DNA from: Raja brachyura
Taxonomy: Eukaryota
Direction of reading: 5' to 3'
NCBI GenBank assembly: GCA_963514005.1
Contig: OY740807.1
Location: 2,108,001-2,172,000, forward strand
Length of the DNA stretch: 64,000 nucleotides
Position 1 is the first letter of the stretch. Each line of letters opens with the position of its first letter. A program made the translations under genes and the position numbers. Positions 36,392-49,501 of this stretch are shown one piece after another. The notes beneath the pieces are model-generated. The model worked only from the letters and a program-made list of their open reading frames with translations. It did not search any database and was not told the origin of the DNA.

Positions 36392-39300
36392 CAGTGGCTT
36401 GCAAAAGTTTTCATACGCCTTGAACTTTTCCACATTTTGTCACGTTACAACCACAAACGTAAACGTATTTTATTGGGATTTTATGTGATAGACCAACACA
36501 AAGTGGTGCATAATTGTGAAGTGGAAGGAAAATGATACATGGTTTCCAAATTTTATTACAAATATAAAACTGAAAGTGTGGTGTGCAAAAGTATTCTGCC
36601 CCCCTGAGTCAATACTTTGTAGAGCCACCTTTCGCTGCAATTAGAGCTGCAAGTCTTTTGGGGGGTATGTCTCTACCAGCTTTGCACATCTAGAGACTGA
36701 AATTTTTGCCCATTCTTCTTTGCAAAATAGCTCAAGCTATTGGATGGAGAGCGTCTGTGAACAGCAATTTTCAAGTCTAGCCAGAGATTCTCAATTGGAT
36801 TTAGGTCTGGACTTTGACTGGGCCATTCGAACACATGAATATGCTTTGATCTAAACCTTTCCATTGTAGCTCCGGCTGTATGTTTAGGGTCGTTGTCCTG
36901 CTGGAAGGTGAACCTCCGCCCCAGTCTCAAGTCTTTTGCAGACTCCAACAGGTTTTCTTCCAAGATTGCCCTGTAACCATGTAACCATATAACCATATAA
37001 CAATTACAGCACGGAAACAGGCCCTCTCGGCCCTTCCAGTCCGTGCCGAACATTTATTTTCCCCTAGTCCCATCTACCTGCACTCAGACCATACCCCTCT
37101 ATTCCCTTCCCGTCCATATACCTATCCACTTTACTTTTAAATGTTAAAATCGATCCTGCCTCCACCATTTCTGCTGGAAGATCATTCCACACAGCCACCA
37201 CTCTCTGAGTAAAGAAGTTCCCCCTCATGTTACCCCTAAACTTCTGTCCCTTCATTCTCATGTCATGCCCTCTTGTTTGAATCTTCCCTACCCTCAGTGG
37301 GAAAAGCTTATCCACGTCAACTGTCTATCCCTTTAATCATTTTAAAGACCTCAATCAAGTCCCCACTTAACCTTCTGCGCTCCAAAGAATAAAGACCTAA
37401 CTTGTTCAACCTTTCTCTGTAATTTAGTTGCTGGAACCCAGGCAACATTCTAGTAAATCTCCTCTGTACTTTCTCTATTTTGTTGACATCCTTCCTATAA
37501 TTAGGCGACCAAAATTGTACACCATATTCCAGAATTGGTCTCACCAATGCCTTGTACAATTTTAACATTACTTCCCTACTCCGATATTCAATGCTCTGAT
37601 TTATAAAGGCCAGCACACTAAAAGCTTTCTTTACCACCCTATCTACATGCGATTCCACCTTCAGGGAACTATGCACAGTTATTCCTAGATCCCTCTGTTC
37701 CACAGCATTCCTTAATTCCCTACCATTTACCATGTACGTCCTATTTTGATTTGTCCTGCCAAGATGTAGCACCTCACACTTATCAGCTTTAAACTGCATC
37801 TGCCATCTTTCAGCCCACTCTTCCAAATGGCCCAAATCTCTCTGTAGACTTTGAAAATCTACTTCATTATCCACAACACCACCTATCTTAGTATCATCTG
37901 CATACTTACTTATCCAATTTTCCACCCCATTATCCAGATCATTGATGTACATTACAAACAACAGTGAACCCAACACAGATCCCCGAGGCACCTCAATGTT
38001 CACCGGCTTCCAACCTGACAAACAGCCATCCACCATTACTCTCTGGCATCTCCCATTCAGCCAATGTTGAATCCATCTTGCTACTCCGCCATTAACAGCC
38101 CAAGATTGAACCTGCATAACCAACCTTCCATGAGGAAACTTGTCAAAGGCCTTACTGAAATCCATATAGACAACATCCAATGCTTTACCCTCATCAATTT
38201 CCCTAGTAACCTCTTCAAAAAATTCAAGAAGTTTTGTCAAACATGACCTTCCAGGCACAAATCCATGTTGACTGTTCCTGATCAGACCCTGTTTATCCAG
38301 ATGCTTATATATATTATCTCTAAGTATCCTTTACATTAGGTTGCCCACCACTGACGTCAAACTAACAGGTCTATAATTGCTAGGTTTATTCTTTGAACCC
38401 TTTTTAAACAATGGAACAACATGCGCAGTACGCCAATCCTCCGGCACTATTCCCATTTCTAATGACATTTGAAATATTTCTGTCATAGCCCCTGCTATTT
38501 CTACACTGACTTCCCTCAATGTCCTAGGGAATATCCTGTCAGGACCTGGAGACTTATCCACTTTTATATTTTTCAAAAGTGTCAGTACTTCCTCCTCTTT
38601 GAATCTCATAGTTTCCATAGCTACTCTACTTTTTTCCCGTACCTCACAGAGTTCAATATCCTTCTCCTTGGTGAATACCAAAGAAAAGAAATTGTTTAAT
38701 ATCTCCCCCATCTCTTTTGGCTCTGTAGATAGCTGTGCATTCTGGCTCTCTAATGGTCCAATTTTATCCCTCGTTATCCTTTTGCTAATTATATAGCTGT
38801 AGAAACCCTTTGGATTTACTTTCAACTTTCTTGCCAAAGCAACCTCTTAGCTTTTCTAATTTCTTTCTTAAGATTCTTTTTATACTCTTTATGCTCCTCT
38901 AGCACCTCATTTAGTCCATGCCTCCTATAATAATTGTAGATATCTCTCTTTTTCGAACCAAGTGTCCAATTTCCCTTGAAAACCATGGCTCTTTCCAATT
39001 TTTACTATTTCCTTTCAACCGAACAGGGACATAAAGATTCTGTACTCTTACAATTTCCCCTTTAAATGTCCTCCATTTCTCTTCTACATCCTTCCCATAA
39101 AACAAAATGTCCCAATTCACTCCTTTTAAATCATTATGCATTCCCTCAAAGTTAGCCTTTCTCCAATCAAAAATCTCAACCCTAGGTACAGTTCTGACTC
39201 TTTCCATAATTATATTGAAACTAATGGTATTGTAATCACTGGTCCCAAAGTGCTCACCAACGCATACCTCTGTCACCTGACCTGCCTCATTTCCTAACAG

Positions 39301-40759
39301 GAGGTCCAGCACTGCCCCTTCTCTGGTCGATACCTCTATGTATTGCTGCAAAAAACTATCCTGCACACATTTTACAAACTCCAAACCATCCAGCCCATTT
39401 ACAGAATGTGTTTCCCAGTCTATTTTTGGAAAATTGAAATCTCCCACAATCACTACCTCGTGCTTACTACTAATATCTGCTATCTCCTTACATATTTGAT
39501 CTTCCAATTCTCGCTCCCCATTTGGCGGTCTATAATACACCCCTAAAAGTGTTGCTACACCGTTCCCACTTCTCAGTTCCACCCAAATAGCCTCCCTAGA
39601 CGAGCCCTCGAATCTATCCTGCCAAATCACTGCTGTAATATCTTCTCTGACAAGCAATGCAAAACCTCCACCTCGGGTCCCTCCAATTCTATCACATCTG
39701 AAGCAACGAAAATTGAAGTTTTTGGCCTAAATGCAAAACGCTGTGTGTGGCAGAAAACGAACACTGCACATCACCCATATGTATTTGGCTCCATCCATCT
39801 TCCCATCAACTCTGACCAGCTTCCCTGTCCCTGCTGAAGAAAAGCATCCCCACAGCATTATGCTGACTCCACCATGTTTTACAGTGGGGATGGTGTGTTC
39901 AGGGTGATGTGCAGTGCTCGTTTTCTGTCACACATGGCGTTTTGCACCATCCTCCACATGTTTGCTGTGTCCTCCACATGGCCTGTGGCAAACTGCAAAC
40001 AGGACTTCTTATGGCTTTGTTTCAACAATGGCTTTCTTCTTTCCACTCTTCCATAAAGGCCCGATTTGTGGAGTGCACGACTAATAGTTGTCCTGTGGAC
40101 AGATTCTCCCACCTGAGTTGTGGATCTTTGTAGCTCCTCCAGAGTTAACATGGGCCACTTGGCTGCTTCTCTGATCAATGCTCTCCTTGCCCGGCCTGTC
40201 AGTTTAGGAGGACGGCCATGTCTTGGTAGGTTTGCAGTTGTGCATGCTCTTTCCATTTTCGGATGATGGATTGAACAGTGCTCCGTGCGATGTTCAAAGC
40301 TTGGGATTTTTTTTCAAACCTCACCCTGCTTTAAACTTCTCCACAACTTTATCCCTGACCTATCTGGTGTGTTCCTTGGGCTTCGTGATGCTGTTTGTTC
40401 ACTAATGTTCTCTAACAACCCTCTGAGGCCTTCACAGAACAGCTGTATTTATACTGAGATTAGATTACACACAAGTGGACTCTATTTACTCGTGACTTCT
40501 GAAGGCAATTGGTTGCGCTGGATTTTATTTAGGGGTATCAGTGCAATGGGGGCTGAATACTTTTGCATGCCACACATTTCAGTTTTTTATTTGTACAAAA
40601 ATTTGAAAACCATTTTTAATTTTCCTTCCACTTCACAATTATGCGCCACTTTGTGTTGGTCTATCACATAAAATCCCAATAAAATACATTTACGTTTGTG
40701 GATGTAACGTGACAAAATGTGGAAAAGTAAAGGGGTATGAAAACTTTTGCAAGCCACTG
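36392..40759 (-). mobile_element. Tc1-like DNA transposon (IR/DR type, about 210 bp TIRs), defective and split by a CR1
   Basis: TA|CAGTGGCTTGCAAAAG ... CTTTTGCAAGCCACTG|TA; transposase motifs [30 protein letters not shown]. Confidence 0.93.
36976..39710 (-). mobile_element. CR1 family A (endonuclease to 3' tail, frameshifted) inserted in the Tc1
   Basis: ORFs 38911-39657, 38331-38837 and 37317-38258; TGTA at 36972-36975 and 39780-39783. Confidence 0.92.
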
Positions 40760-41769
40760 TATTGTTGGACGTGAAGGGAATTGATGCTCTGGGTTTCGTG
40801 CGGGAGGGTAGCACTCGGGTGAATGATCAGCCACCTTCACGTTGAACAAGGGCGAGCCGAGGCGCAAGCTCGGGGGAGTTGACCCCTCACCCACGTGGTT
40901 GCATCCCAACACACTGCTGATTCCTGGATCGTCTTCGGCCTAACCCGAAACAAATCTCTCGCCATATCACCCTAGGCCTTTGGCCCTGGGATCGGGTAAC
41001 ATTCGTCACAGAGTAATTGAGTCACACAGCACAGTAACAGGCGCTTCGACCTAGCTGTGCCAACCACGATGCCCCTTCTCCACTCGTCCCACCTACCTGC
41101 GTTGGGCCCAAATCTATCCGAAACTTTCCTATCCATGTACCTGTACAAATATATTTGAAATTCTACTCTCGTTCTGCCTCAACTATCTCCTCTGGCAGCG
41201 CGTTCCATAAACCCACCACTCTCTGTGTGAAATATGATTGGCACATCTTGATTTAATTAATCCGGTTTAATTTATGGCCAATGGTCAGCTCTGGATGTTG
41301 ATGGCGGTGGATTCTGTAGTGCTGTGTCATTGGGTATCACAGCTTGGTGGACAGACTCTTTGTTCAAAGAGGCGATTAATGGCACATGAACAGTAAATGG
41401 TTGTTCTGTGATCCTGCTGGATATATATTATATATTATATGGGAAGAATCCATTATATGGGAAGAATCGGATACAATTATGACTTTCGAAATATATGTAT
41501 TTGAACAGCTATGTGGATTGAAAGGATTTAGAATGATGAGGGCTAAATGCATGCACTGGGACTCGCTGGCATGCGTTGACAAGGTGGGCCGAAGGGCTAG
41601 GGTTTCGCTGCTCTACAACTCGATATGGAAAGTACAATGAATACAACTGCCATGTGATCCCAGAATGGGCTGGTGGGATGGGAATGGTGAAAGTGCTGTA
41701 GATGTTGGGCAGTGCTCGCTATTTTGGGGAACTATGTGGATTGAACGGATTCAGAAAGAGGAATCCAGG

Positions 41770-42466
41770 CGTCACATCTCACAACATACTTGGTGCACCC
41801 TTGAAGTATCTTGGCATCAAATTGCGAATGATCTACGTTGGAATGGTCAGACTCATCATGTAACAGTGAAAGCATCAGGTGTCCTAAACTTCCAGAGGTG
41901 CAACTTCCATCATTATTCAGCTTCTGTCAAGGAGAAGTTGTATTTCACCCTCGTTAGACCTCATCTGGACTACGCAGTTGCAGCTTGGGACCCATACACA
42001 GATAAAAACATTTCATCCATCGAACGTGTCCAAAGACAGGCCGCTTGATTTGTTACTAACACCTACGAGAGAGAAGTGAGTGTCACCAAACTTCTGAATT
42101 CTCTGGGGTGCAACCCTCTCCAAGACAGACGTGAAGCTCACCGTTTGACCTGTTTTTGCAAAATGTTAAATGGTCAGCTAGACATAGATCACAAGACCCC
42201 AAACCAATTAGGAGCAGACGAGGGCATTCGATCCAATTTGTGGTCCCAGCCTCAAAGACGGACGTATACTGACATTAGTTCTTTCCACACACTATTAAAG
42301 CATGGAATAATCTCCACCAAGCCACGGTTGCCCAACCAGATGCAACTAAATTTAAAGTGGCACTTTCTTCCCAATAACCCTCTCTGGCTAAACCCCTCCC
42401 TTCACCACCTCCAGTTTAAATTCAAGTTGGAATATTTCGGAGGACCAAGTAACCAAGAACCAAGAA
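41770..42466 (+). mobile_element. 3' fragment of a divergent CR1-group LINE
   Basis: LYFTLVRPHLDYAVAAWDPYTDKNISSIERVQRQAA; short CCAAG(T)AA tail. Confidence 0.7.
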
Positions 42467-42654
42467 CTCCTGCAGTGATGTACTGGGGCTGTGTGGATTA
42501 GCTTCCAAAAAACATTGAACAGGCCGATGCCTGGATTGTCAACTACAGTAAGAAATTTGAGCTACTTGGTTGCATTCTCTGAAACGCTGGGAGTTGCGGG
42601 GAATCCTAATGGACGTATATAAAGTTATGGGGCACAAATAAGATCAACAATCAG

Positions 42655-43482
42655 AACATAAAACATAGAAACATAGAAAATATTTGCAGGAGGAGGCCTT
42701 TCGGCCCTTTGAGCCGGCACTGCCATTCGTTGTGATCATGGCTGATCGGCCCCTATCAATAATCCGTGCCTGCCTTCTCCCCATATCCCTTGATTCCACT
42801 AGCCCATAGAGCTCTATCTGACTCTCTTCTAAATCCATCCAGTGAAATGGCCTCCACTCCCTCTGGGGCAGAGAATTCCATAAATTCACAACTGACTGGG
42901 TGAAAACGTTTTTTCTCACCTCAGTCTTAAATGACCTACCCTTTATTCTAAGACTGTGGCCCCTGGTTCTGGATTCGCCCAACATTGGGAACATTTTTTC
43001 TTGCATCTAGCTTGTTCACTCCTTTTATAATTTTATATGTTTCTATAAGACCCCCCCTCATCCTTCTAAACTCCAGTGAATACAAGCCTGGTCTTTTCAA
43101 TCTTTCCTCATATGACAGTCCCGCCATCCCAGGGATCAATCTTGTGGACCTACGCTGCTCTGCCTCAATCACAAGGACGTCCTTCCTCAAATTAGGAGAC
43201 AAAAATTGAACACAATACTCCAGATGTGGTCTCACCGCTATACAGCTGCAGAAGAACCTCTTTACTCCTATACTGAAATCCTTTTGTTATGAAGGCTAAC
43301 ATTCCATTAGCTTTCTTCACTGCCTGCTGTATCTGTAAGCCAACTTTCAGTGACTGGTGTACAAGGACACTCAGGTCTCGCTGTACCTCCCCCTTACCTA
43401 ACCTAATCTCAGTGAGATAATAATAAAATGCCCCCTTGTTTTTGCCGCTAAAGTGGATAACCTCACATTTATCAATATTATA
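42655..43482 (-). mobile_element. CR1 family B 3' portion
   Basis: RPHLEYCVQF, RTRGHSL motifs; tail. Confidence 0.85.
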
Positions 43483-44478
43483 CGGTAGTGTACCCAAGTC
43501 AAATTGTATTATACTGTATTGTACTGTATTGTACCCAAGTCAAATACTAGAGGGTACATTTTTAAACGTGAGAGTGGCAAAGTATGAATCAAATGTGTGG
43601 GGCAGGGGTTTTACACAGAGGTTGGTGGATGCCTGGATCACGCTGCCGGGTGCGGTGGTTTAGACAGTGGCGTTTAAGAGACATTTGCATATCCGAGGAA
43701 ATGTGGGATATGGATTATGTGCATGGAGAGGAGCTTTTGCCTTAGCGACTGGTCTGGCAGGCCGAAGGGTCTGTTCATGTGCTGTACTGATGTTTCTTCA
43801 ATGTCCTAATAATCTTAGTTTGCGCAAAGCCTGACCCAACTGTTTGAGGCGAATCGCGATTCTCCAGGTTCGCGTTCCGGCTGCTCTTGGGAAACGGTCG
43901 CCAGTCAATTGGGTGTTATGCATTTTGGGGATTAGTTTTATTCTATATTTAAACAGGCAAAGTACAGATGCGTCCGGTTTCCTGCAAGGTTTTCCCAATC
44001 CCAGATCTGAACCTGTTCATTGATGAGACAGTTTCGCTGCGGGCAGAGAGTGTTTGCGCGGGGTTGATCAATATGATGCGGAGCAACTTTGATCTCATCG
44101 ACCGGTGGGATAGAAGCGATGGACTGAATGGCCCGCCGGCTCAGACCACAATAGCCAATCCGAATGTCTGAAACCATTCTACCCTGATATTAATAAAATC
44201 TTCACCAGCCTGAAGCTGAAGCCGGAGATTAAACCTGTAGTTGAAGATTCAGAATTTGACGATTGGTTTATATTTAATCGCGGATACGAAATTTAGCGGT
44301 AAGAGACTTGTGCATTGCGGGCCGAAGGGCCTATTTCTGTGCTGCATTGTACTATGTTCTATGTCCAACCAAAGATGAAACATTTTTAGGCTAGAGGTTG
44401 CTGTTTTGTTTTGTGTTTACTTGTATGTTTTTATAATCATATAATCATATAACAATTAGAGCACGGAAACAGGCCTTA

Positions 44479-45995
44479 TCATAGAAAGATAGAAAAATAG
44501 GTGCAGGAGTAGGCCATTCGGCCCTTCGAGCCTGCACCGCCATTCAATGTGATCATGGCTGATCATCCAACTCAGTATCCCGTACCTGCCTTCTCTCCAT
44601 ACCCCCTGATCCCTTTAGCCACAAGTGCCACATCTAACGCCCTCTTAAATATAGCCAATGAACTGGCCTCAACTACCTTCTGTGGCAGAGAATTCCAGAG
44701 ACTCACCACTCTCTGTGTAAAGAATGTTTTCTTCATCTTTCCTAAAGGAATTCCCCCTTATCCTTAGACTGTGACCCCTTGTTCTGGACTCCCCCAACAT
44801 CGGGAACAATCTTCCAGCATCTAGCTTGTCCAACCCCTTAAGAATTATGTACGTTTCTATAAGATCCCCCCTCAATCTTCTAAATTCCAGCGAGTACAAG
44901 CCGAGTCTATCCAGTCTTTCCTCATATGAAAGTCCTGACATCGCAGGAATCAGTCTGGTGAATCTTCTCTGTACCCCCTCAATGGCAAGAAAGTCTTTCC
45001 TCAGATTTGGAGACCAAAACTGTACGCAATACTCCAGGTGTGGCATCGCCAAAACCCTGTACAACTGCACTAGAACCTCCCTGCTCCTATACTCAAATCC
45101 TTTCGCTATGAATGCAAACATACCGTTTGCTTTCTGCACCACCTGCTGCACCTGCATGCCTACTTTCAATGACTGGTGTACCATGACACCCAGGTTTCGT
45201 TGCATCTCCCCTTTTCCTAATCTGCCACCATTCAGATAATAGTCTACCCTCATGTTTTGCCACCAAAGTGGATAACCTCACATTTATCCACATTATACTG
45301 CATCTGCCATGCATCTGCCCATTCACTCAGCCTATCCAAATCACCCTGCAGCCTCCAAGCATCCTCCTCACACCTAACTATACCCCCCAGCTTGGTGTCA
45401 TCTGCAAATTTGGAGATGTTACATTGATTTCCCTCGTCCAAATCATTAATATATATTGTAAATAGCTGGGGTCCCAGCACTGAGCCTTGCGATACCCCAC
45501 TCGTCACTGCCTGCCATTCTGAAAAGTACCCGTTTACTCCTACCCTTTGCTTCCTGTCTGCTTGCCAGTTCTCTATCCACATCAATACTGAACCCCCAAT
45601 ACCGTGTGCTTTAAGTTTGTATGCTAATCTCTTTAAGTTTGTATGCGGGACCTTGTCGAAAGCCTTCTGAAAGCCTATATATAAGATATAACACATCCAC
45701 TGGTTCTCCCTTATCCACTCTACTAGTTACATCCTCGAAAAATTCTATCAGATTTGTCAGACATGATTTACCTTTCGTAAATCCATGCTGACGTTGTCCA
45801 ATGATTTCACCACTTTCAAAATGCGCTGCTATCCCATTTTTAATAACTGACTCTAGCAGTTTCCCCACTACCGATGTTAGGCAACTGGTCTGTAATTCCC
45901 CGCTTTCTCTCTCCCTCCTTTTTTTAAAATGTGGGATTACATTAGCTACCCTCCACTCCTCAGGAACTACTCCAGAATCTAAGGAATTTTGAAAA
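44479..45995 (-). mobile_element. CR1 family B, degenerate
   Basis: FADDTKLGG, QGSVLGP motifs; tail. Confidence 0.85.
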
Positions 45996-46012
45996 ATTTC
46001 TAAGAATTTCCA

Positions 46013-46445
46013 GGCCGTGCCGACCATTTATTTTTCCCTAGCCCCATCTACCTACACCCAGACCATACCCCTCCATTCCCTTCCCGTCCATATACCTATC
46101 CACTTTACTTTTAAATGTTAAAATCGATCCTGCCTCCACCACTTCTGCTGGAAGATCATTCCACACAGCCACCACTCTCTGAGTAAAGAAGTTCCCCCTC
46201 ATGTTACCCCTAAACTTCTGTCCCTTAATTCTCATGTCATGCCCTCTTGTTTGAATCTTCCATACTCTCAATGGGAAAAGCTTATCCACGTCAACTCTGT
46301 CTATCCCTTTCATCATTTTAAAGAACTCAATCAAGTCCTCCCTTAACCTTCTGCGCTCCAAAGAATAAAGACCTAACTTGTTCAACCTTTCTCTGTAACT
46401 TAGTTGCTGGAACTCAGGCAACATTCTAGTAAATCTCCTCTGTAC
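46013..46445 (-). mobile_element. CR1 family A 3' fragment
   Basis: VQRRFTRMLP...TRGHDMRIKG. Confidence 0.85.
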
Positions 46446-46509
46446 ATACATTTTTAATGTACATCCATTTTGTATTATGTGGGGGGGGGGGGGGGGGGGG
46501 GGGGACCAT

Positions 46510-47070
46510 TTTTTTAAATCTCTTTCCTCGACGGAGATGCGACTTTTTCAACGTATCTCGTCTGCACAACGGCTTTAACATCGCGGAGCTGGGAGAAAAT
46601 TAGGGATAAGTTATTTGACTTCCATCACAGTGGGGAATGTGAGGTCGCCGGAAAAACAAGATGGACTTGCTGCCTGCACTGGTGAGGACTCGGAGGCAGT
46701 GCCGTGAGCTCAGTGATCTCGGTGTTTTGCAGGGACATGGCTCCGTGAGGACATCCCGGAGTCTGCGAGTGTGGACGGGACGGTTCGGGCGGACAGGGAC
46801 TGCAGAGAGAGTGACTGCGGTCGGTACAACTCTGGTCACATCACGGTGAAGGAGCGCGTGTGTGGCCCGGACATTGAACCGGGACATTGAACCGGCTTTG
46901 GGTCTCCGCTTATGCTGTGGCCCTGGGGATTCTCACACGCCGCTGTGGTGGCTGTTTAAGTCGATGTGTAATTTGTATGTGGTTATGTATCTTGTTGTTT
47001 TTTTGAATGATTGTTGGCAAATCAAATTCCTGGTATGTTTACATACTTGGCTAATAAATTAATTTCAATA
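46510..47070 (+). repeat. Probable retroposon 3' end (Rex-like tail)
   Basis: Ends CAAATTCCTGGTATGTTTACATACTTGGCTAATAAATT, a hairpin followed by an AATAAA-type tail. Confidence 0.4.
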
Positions 47071-47287
47071 AGAATTAAACGACATTTAATTTGCCGTCAG
47101 CAGATTCTAAAGCGCCGGAAATCAATCTCCGCCCACACAGGTTTCATGGCCCCTCCCACTCATTACATTCCGGTTAATAAAGACAACCAGAGGCTCTGGT
47201 TTCCAGACACTGGACCCCGAGCGGCTCCCGGACTTTGCAGTACAACACGAGTGGTTCTGAAGATTTGGTGTTCGCCTGTCCGGAAGA

Positions 47288-47336
47288 ATGGCCCCAGCGC
47301 TGCACCTCCTGTGGCCTCTGCTGCTGCTCCCACCAG
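47288..47336 (+). CDS. Ig light chain exon 1 (leader peptide MAPALHLLWPLLLLPP)
   Basis: ATG at 47288, hydrophobic signal peptide, phase-1 donor CAG|GTGAGA. Confidence 0.9.
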
Positions 47337-47714
47337 GTGAGACTCGGGTTGGTTCACGACTGTTTATCTGCAACGAGGCTCGTTAAAATCTCCACCATCG
47401 TCGGTGCTCTACGCGTGTCTAGCCTTCTGTGGGCTCCAGATCACCCAGTCGTTTCATCTGTCCATAAGTGATGGGCCATTCAATCTCTATCTGATCTATC
47501 TCTTTCTCCTAACCCCATTCTCCTGCCTTCTCCCCATAACCCGTCACCCGTACGAAACACGGATCTATCTATCTCTGCCTTAGCTTGGCCTAAACCGCCG
47601 TGTGTGGCAATTAATTCGCCTCTTGAACTAAAGAAACTCGTCGTCATCTCATTCTAAAGGAATGTCCATTAGTTCTGAGGCTTTGATTAAGGTTTTCATT
47701 GTGTTTTGTTGAAG

Positions 47715-48074
47715 GATTCCTGGCGATCCCAGTCCTGAATCAGACCCCAACGTCCGGACCTGTCTCCGCGGCACAAACCGGCCGCTTAGAGTGTCGGATG
47801 CAGAACGGAAATGTTGCAAGTTACAGTGTATATTGGTATCGACAGCGTCCCGGGGAGAGACCAGAGCGGGTGATAACATATAGCACGGGTAATGATATCT
47901 ACCGTGGCAGTGGGTTCACAGACCGGTTCCAACCGTCCAGAGATACCTCCGCCAACAGCTACATCCTGACCATCGGCACCCTGGAGCCCAGAGACGCCGC
48001 CGTCTACTACTGTGCAGTGTGGGAAAACAACGTGGGATACACCTTCAGCCCTGGGAGTATCCTGGATATAAAGA
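47715..48074 (+). CDS. Ig light chain exon 2: germline-joined VJ (type I / NS5 / sigma-cart-like)
   Basis: Acceptor TTTTGTTGAAG|; C23, WYRQ, RF, DAAVYYC; CDR3 AVWENNVGYT; J FSPGSILDIK; donor A|GTAAGT; no RSS. Confidence 0.95.
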
Positions 48075-48579
48075 GTAAGTGACTCCCTCGTTCTGTTCCC
48101 ATGAATCCCCTTTGCAGTCGTTCTCATTCCCCAGTCCGGGAACGCTCTGGAAAAACTTGCTCTGCCTCTACTCGGCGCGGGAGGCCATTCAGCGGTCGGG
48201 AGAGTATTCCCGCCTGCGGGGAACGCTAGCCCGCGGGGATTCCTGCATCGTTAACACAAGTCGTAGTTTGCGACAATCAAACGCGTTAATGTTGGGGAAA
48301 CAAGGAAGACAATTTGCAGGCATTCTGATGAATGACATTGAGGGAAATACTGTGCAGCGGGTTGGGCAAGTCGGTTAGAGAGTGTAGCGGGAAAGGACGT
48401 GTTGGTGCGGGCTCGGGGTGTAATCCGGGATGAACCGGTCGCTTCCTCGTCTCTTCACCTCTCAATGGTTTGCGGAGCCGCGCTGCGTCCCGCCGCTCCC
48501 CTTGCGTCACTTGACAGGGAGTGTTGGATATCCGGAGGCCTCTCCAGTACCGGTACTTCCCGCCATAACTCCTTAAAGT

Positions 48580-48890
48580 GGGTGCGGCACATTGGCTCAA
48601 TGGTAGATATGTTGCCTCACTGCGCCAGATTCCCCGGTTCGAGCCTGACCTCGGGTGCTGTCTGTGTGGGGTTTGCAAGTTTTCCCTGTGACCCCCTGCG
48701 ATTGTTCCGGTTCCCCCCCACATCCCAAAGACGTGCGGGTTTGGAGGTTAATTGCCCGACGGTGAATTGTCCCGAGTGTACGGGGAGTGGGTGAGAAGCG
48801 GGATATCATAGAACTAGTGTGAACGGGTGATAATGGTCAGTGTGGACTCGGTGGGCCGAAGGGCCAGTTTCCATGCTGTGTCTCCTAAAA
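48580..48890 (+). mobile_element. V-SINE (HE1-like) in the J-C intron
   Basis: A box TGGCTCAATGG, B box GGTTCGAGCC, V core, CR1-like tail. Confidence 0.8.
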
Positions 48891-49180
48891 TAGCTACATT
48901 CGCAAATTCACATTCAAGCGAATTCCAGAGCTGGGGAATTATTGAACCCCGCAATGAAATCGTCTCGACAGAGCGACGTAAAGCCGAGCGGCGCCAGGTG
49001 GAGGGACGGGGCCGGGGTGATGTTACTCAAGTGGGTTTAGAGCTCTCGGCCTGGTGTTGGCTGTAAGGCGACAGCTGCGATTAACCTGGGCCAATCTTCA
49101 TTAGCCGGCTTAGACCGGCTGGGTTCAATAGCCGCGTCCTTTTCCTCGACTTTCACGAATTGTTCGTGTCATCGACGGTC

Positions 49181-49384
49181 TTTTAGTTTTAGAGACAGCC
49201 CGAAAACAGGCCCTTCGGCCACCGAGTCCACACCGACCAAAGATCCCCGCAAACGAACACTCCCCTACAAACACTAGGGACTAAACGTACAAACTCCGTA
49301 CAGACATGCACCTGTGTTTAGGATCCGACCCGGCTCTCTGGCGCTGTAAGACAGTTGCTCCAGCGCTGCACCACCGCGCCGCCC
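49181..49384 (-). mobile_element. Internally deleted V-SINE in the J-C intron
   Basis: Head GGCGCGGTGGTGCAGCGCTGG and core TGTCTGTACGGAGTTTGTACG on the minus strand. Confidence 0.75.
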
Positions 49385-49501
49385 AGTCACTGACACTTTC
49401 CGTGGCCGAGTTCGTTTCTCTCGCGTTGGGGTCAGTGTGTGGCGCTGCCGACGGTCTCCATCAACTAATGTTTCTCTTCTCCTCCGCCTCTCCACACACA
49501 G

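Noticed and set aside
40762-40849. 16-bp imperfect inverted repeat beside the Tc1 end
   Set aside because: Short, no TSD seen; could be chance
43683-43690. Perfect octamer ATTTGCAT
   Set aside because: Lies 3.6 kb upstream of the Ig ATG inside a degenerate CR1 3' region; likely chance
48580-48660. tRNA gene
   Set aside because: The A/B boxes belong to the head of a V-SINE with core and tail; no complete cloverleaf seen
49306-49501. N-terminal extension of the C-domain ORF
   Set aside because: Intronic/SINE sequence upstream of a clear splice acceptor
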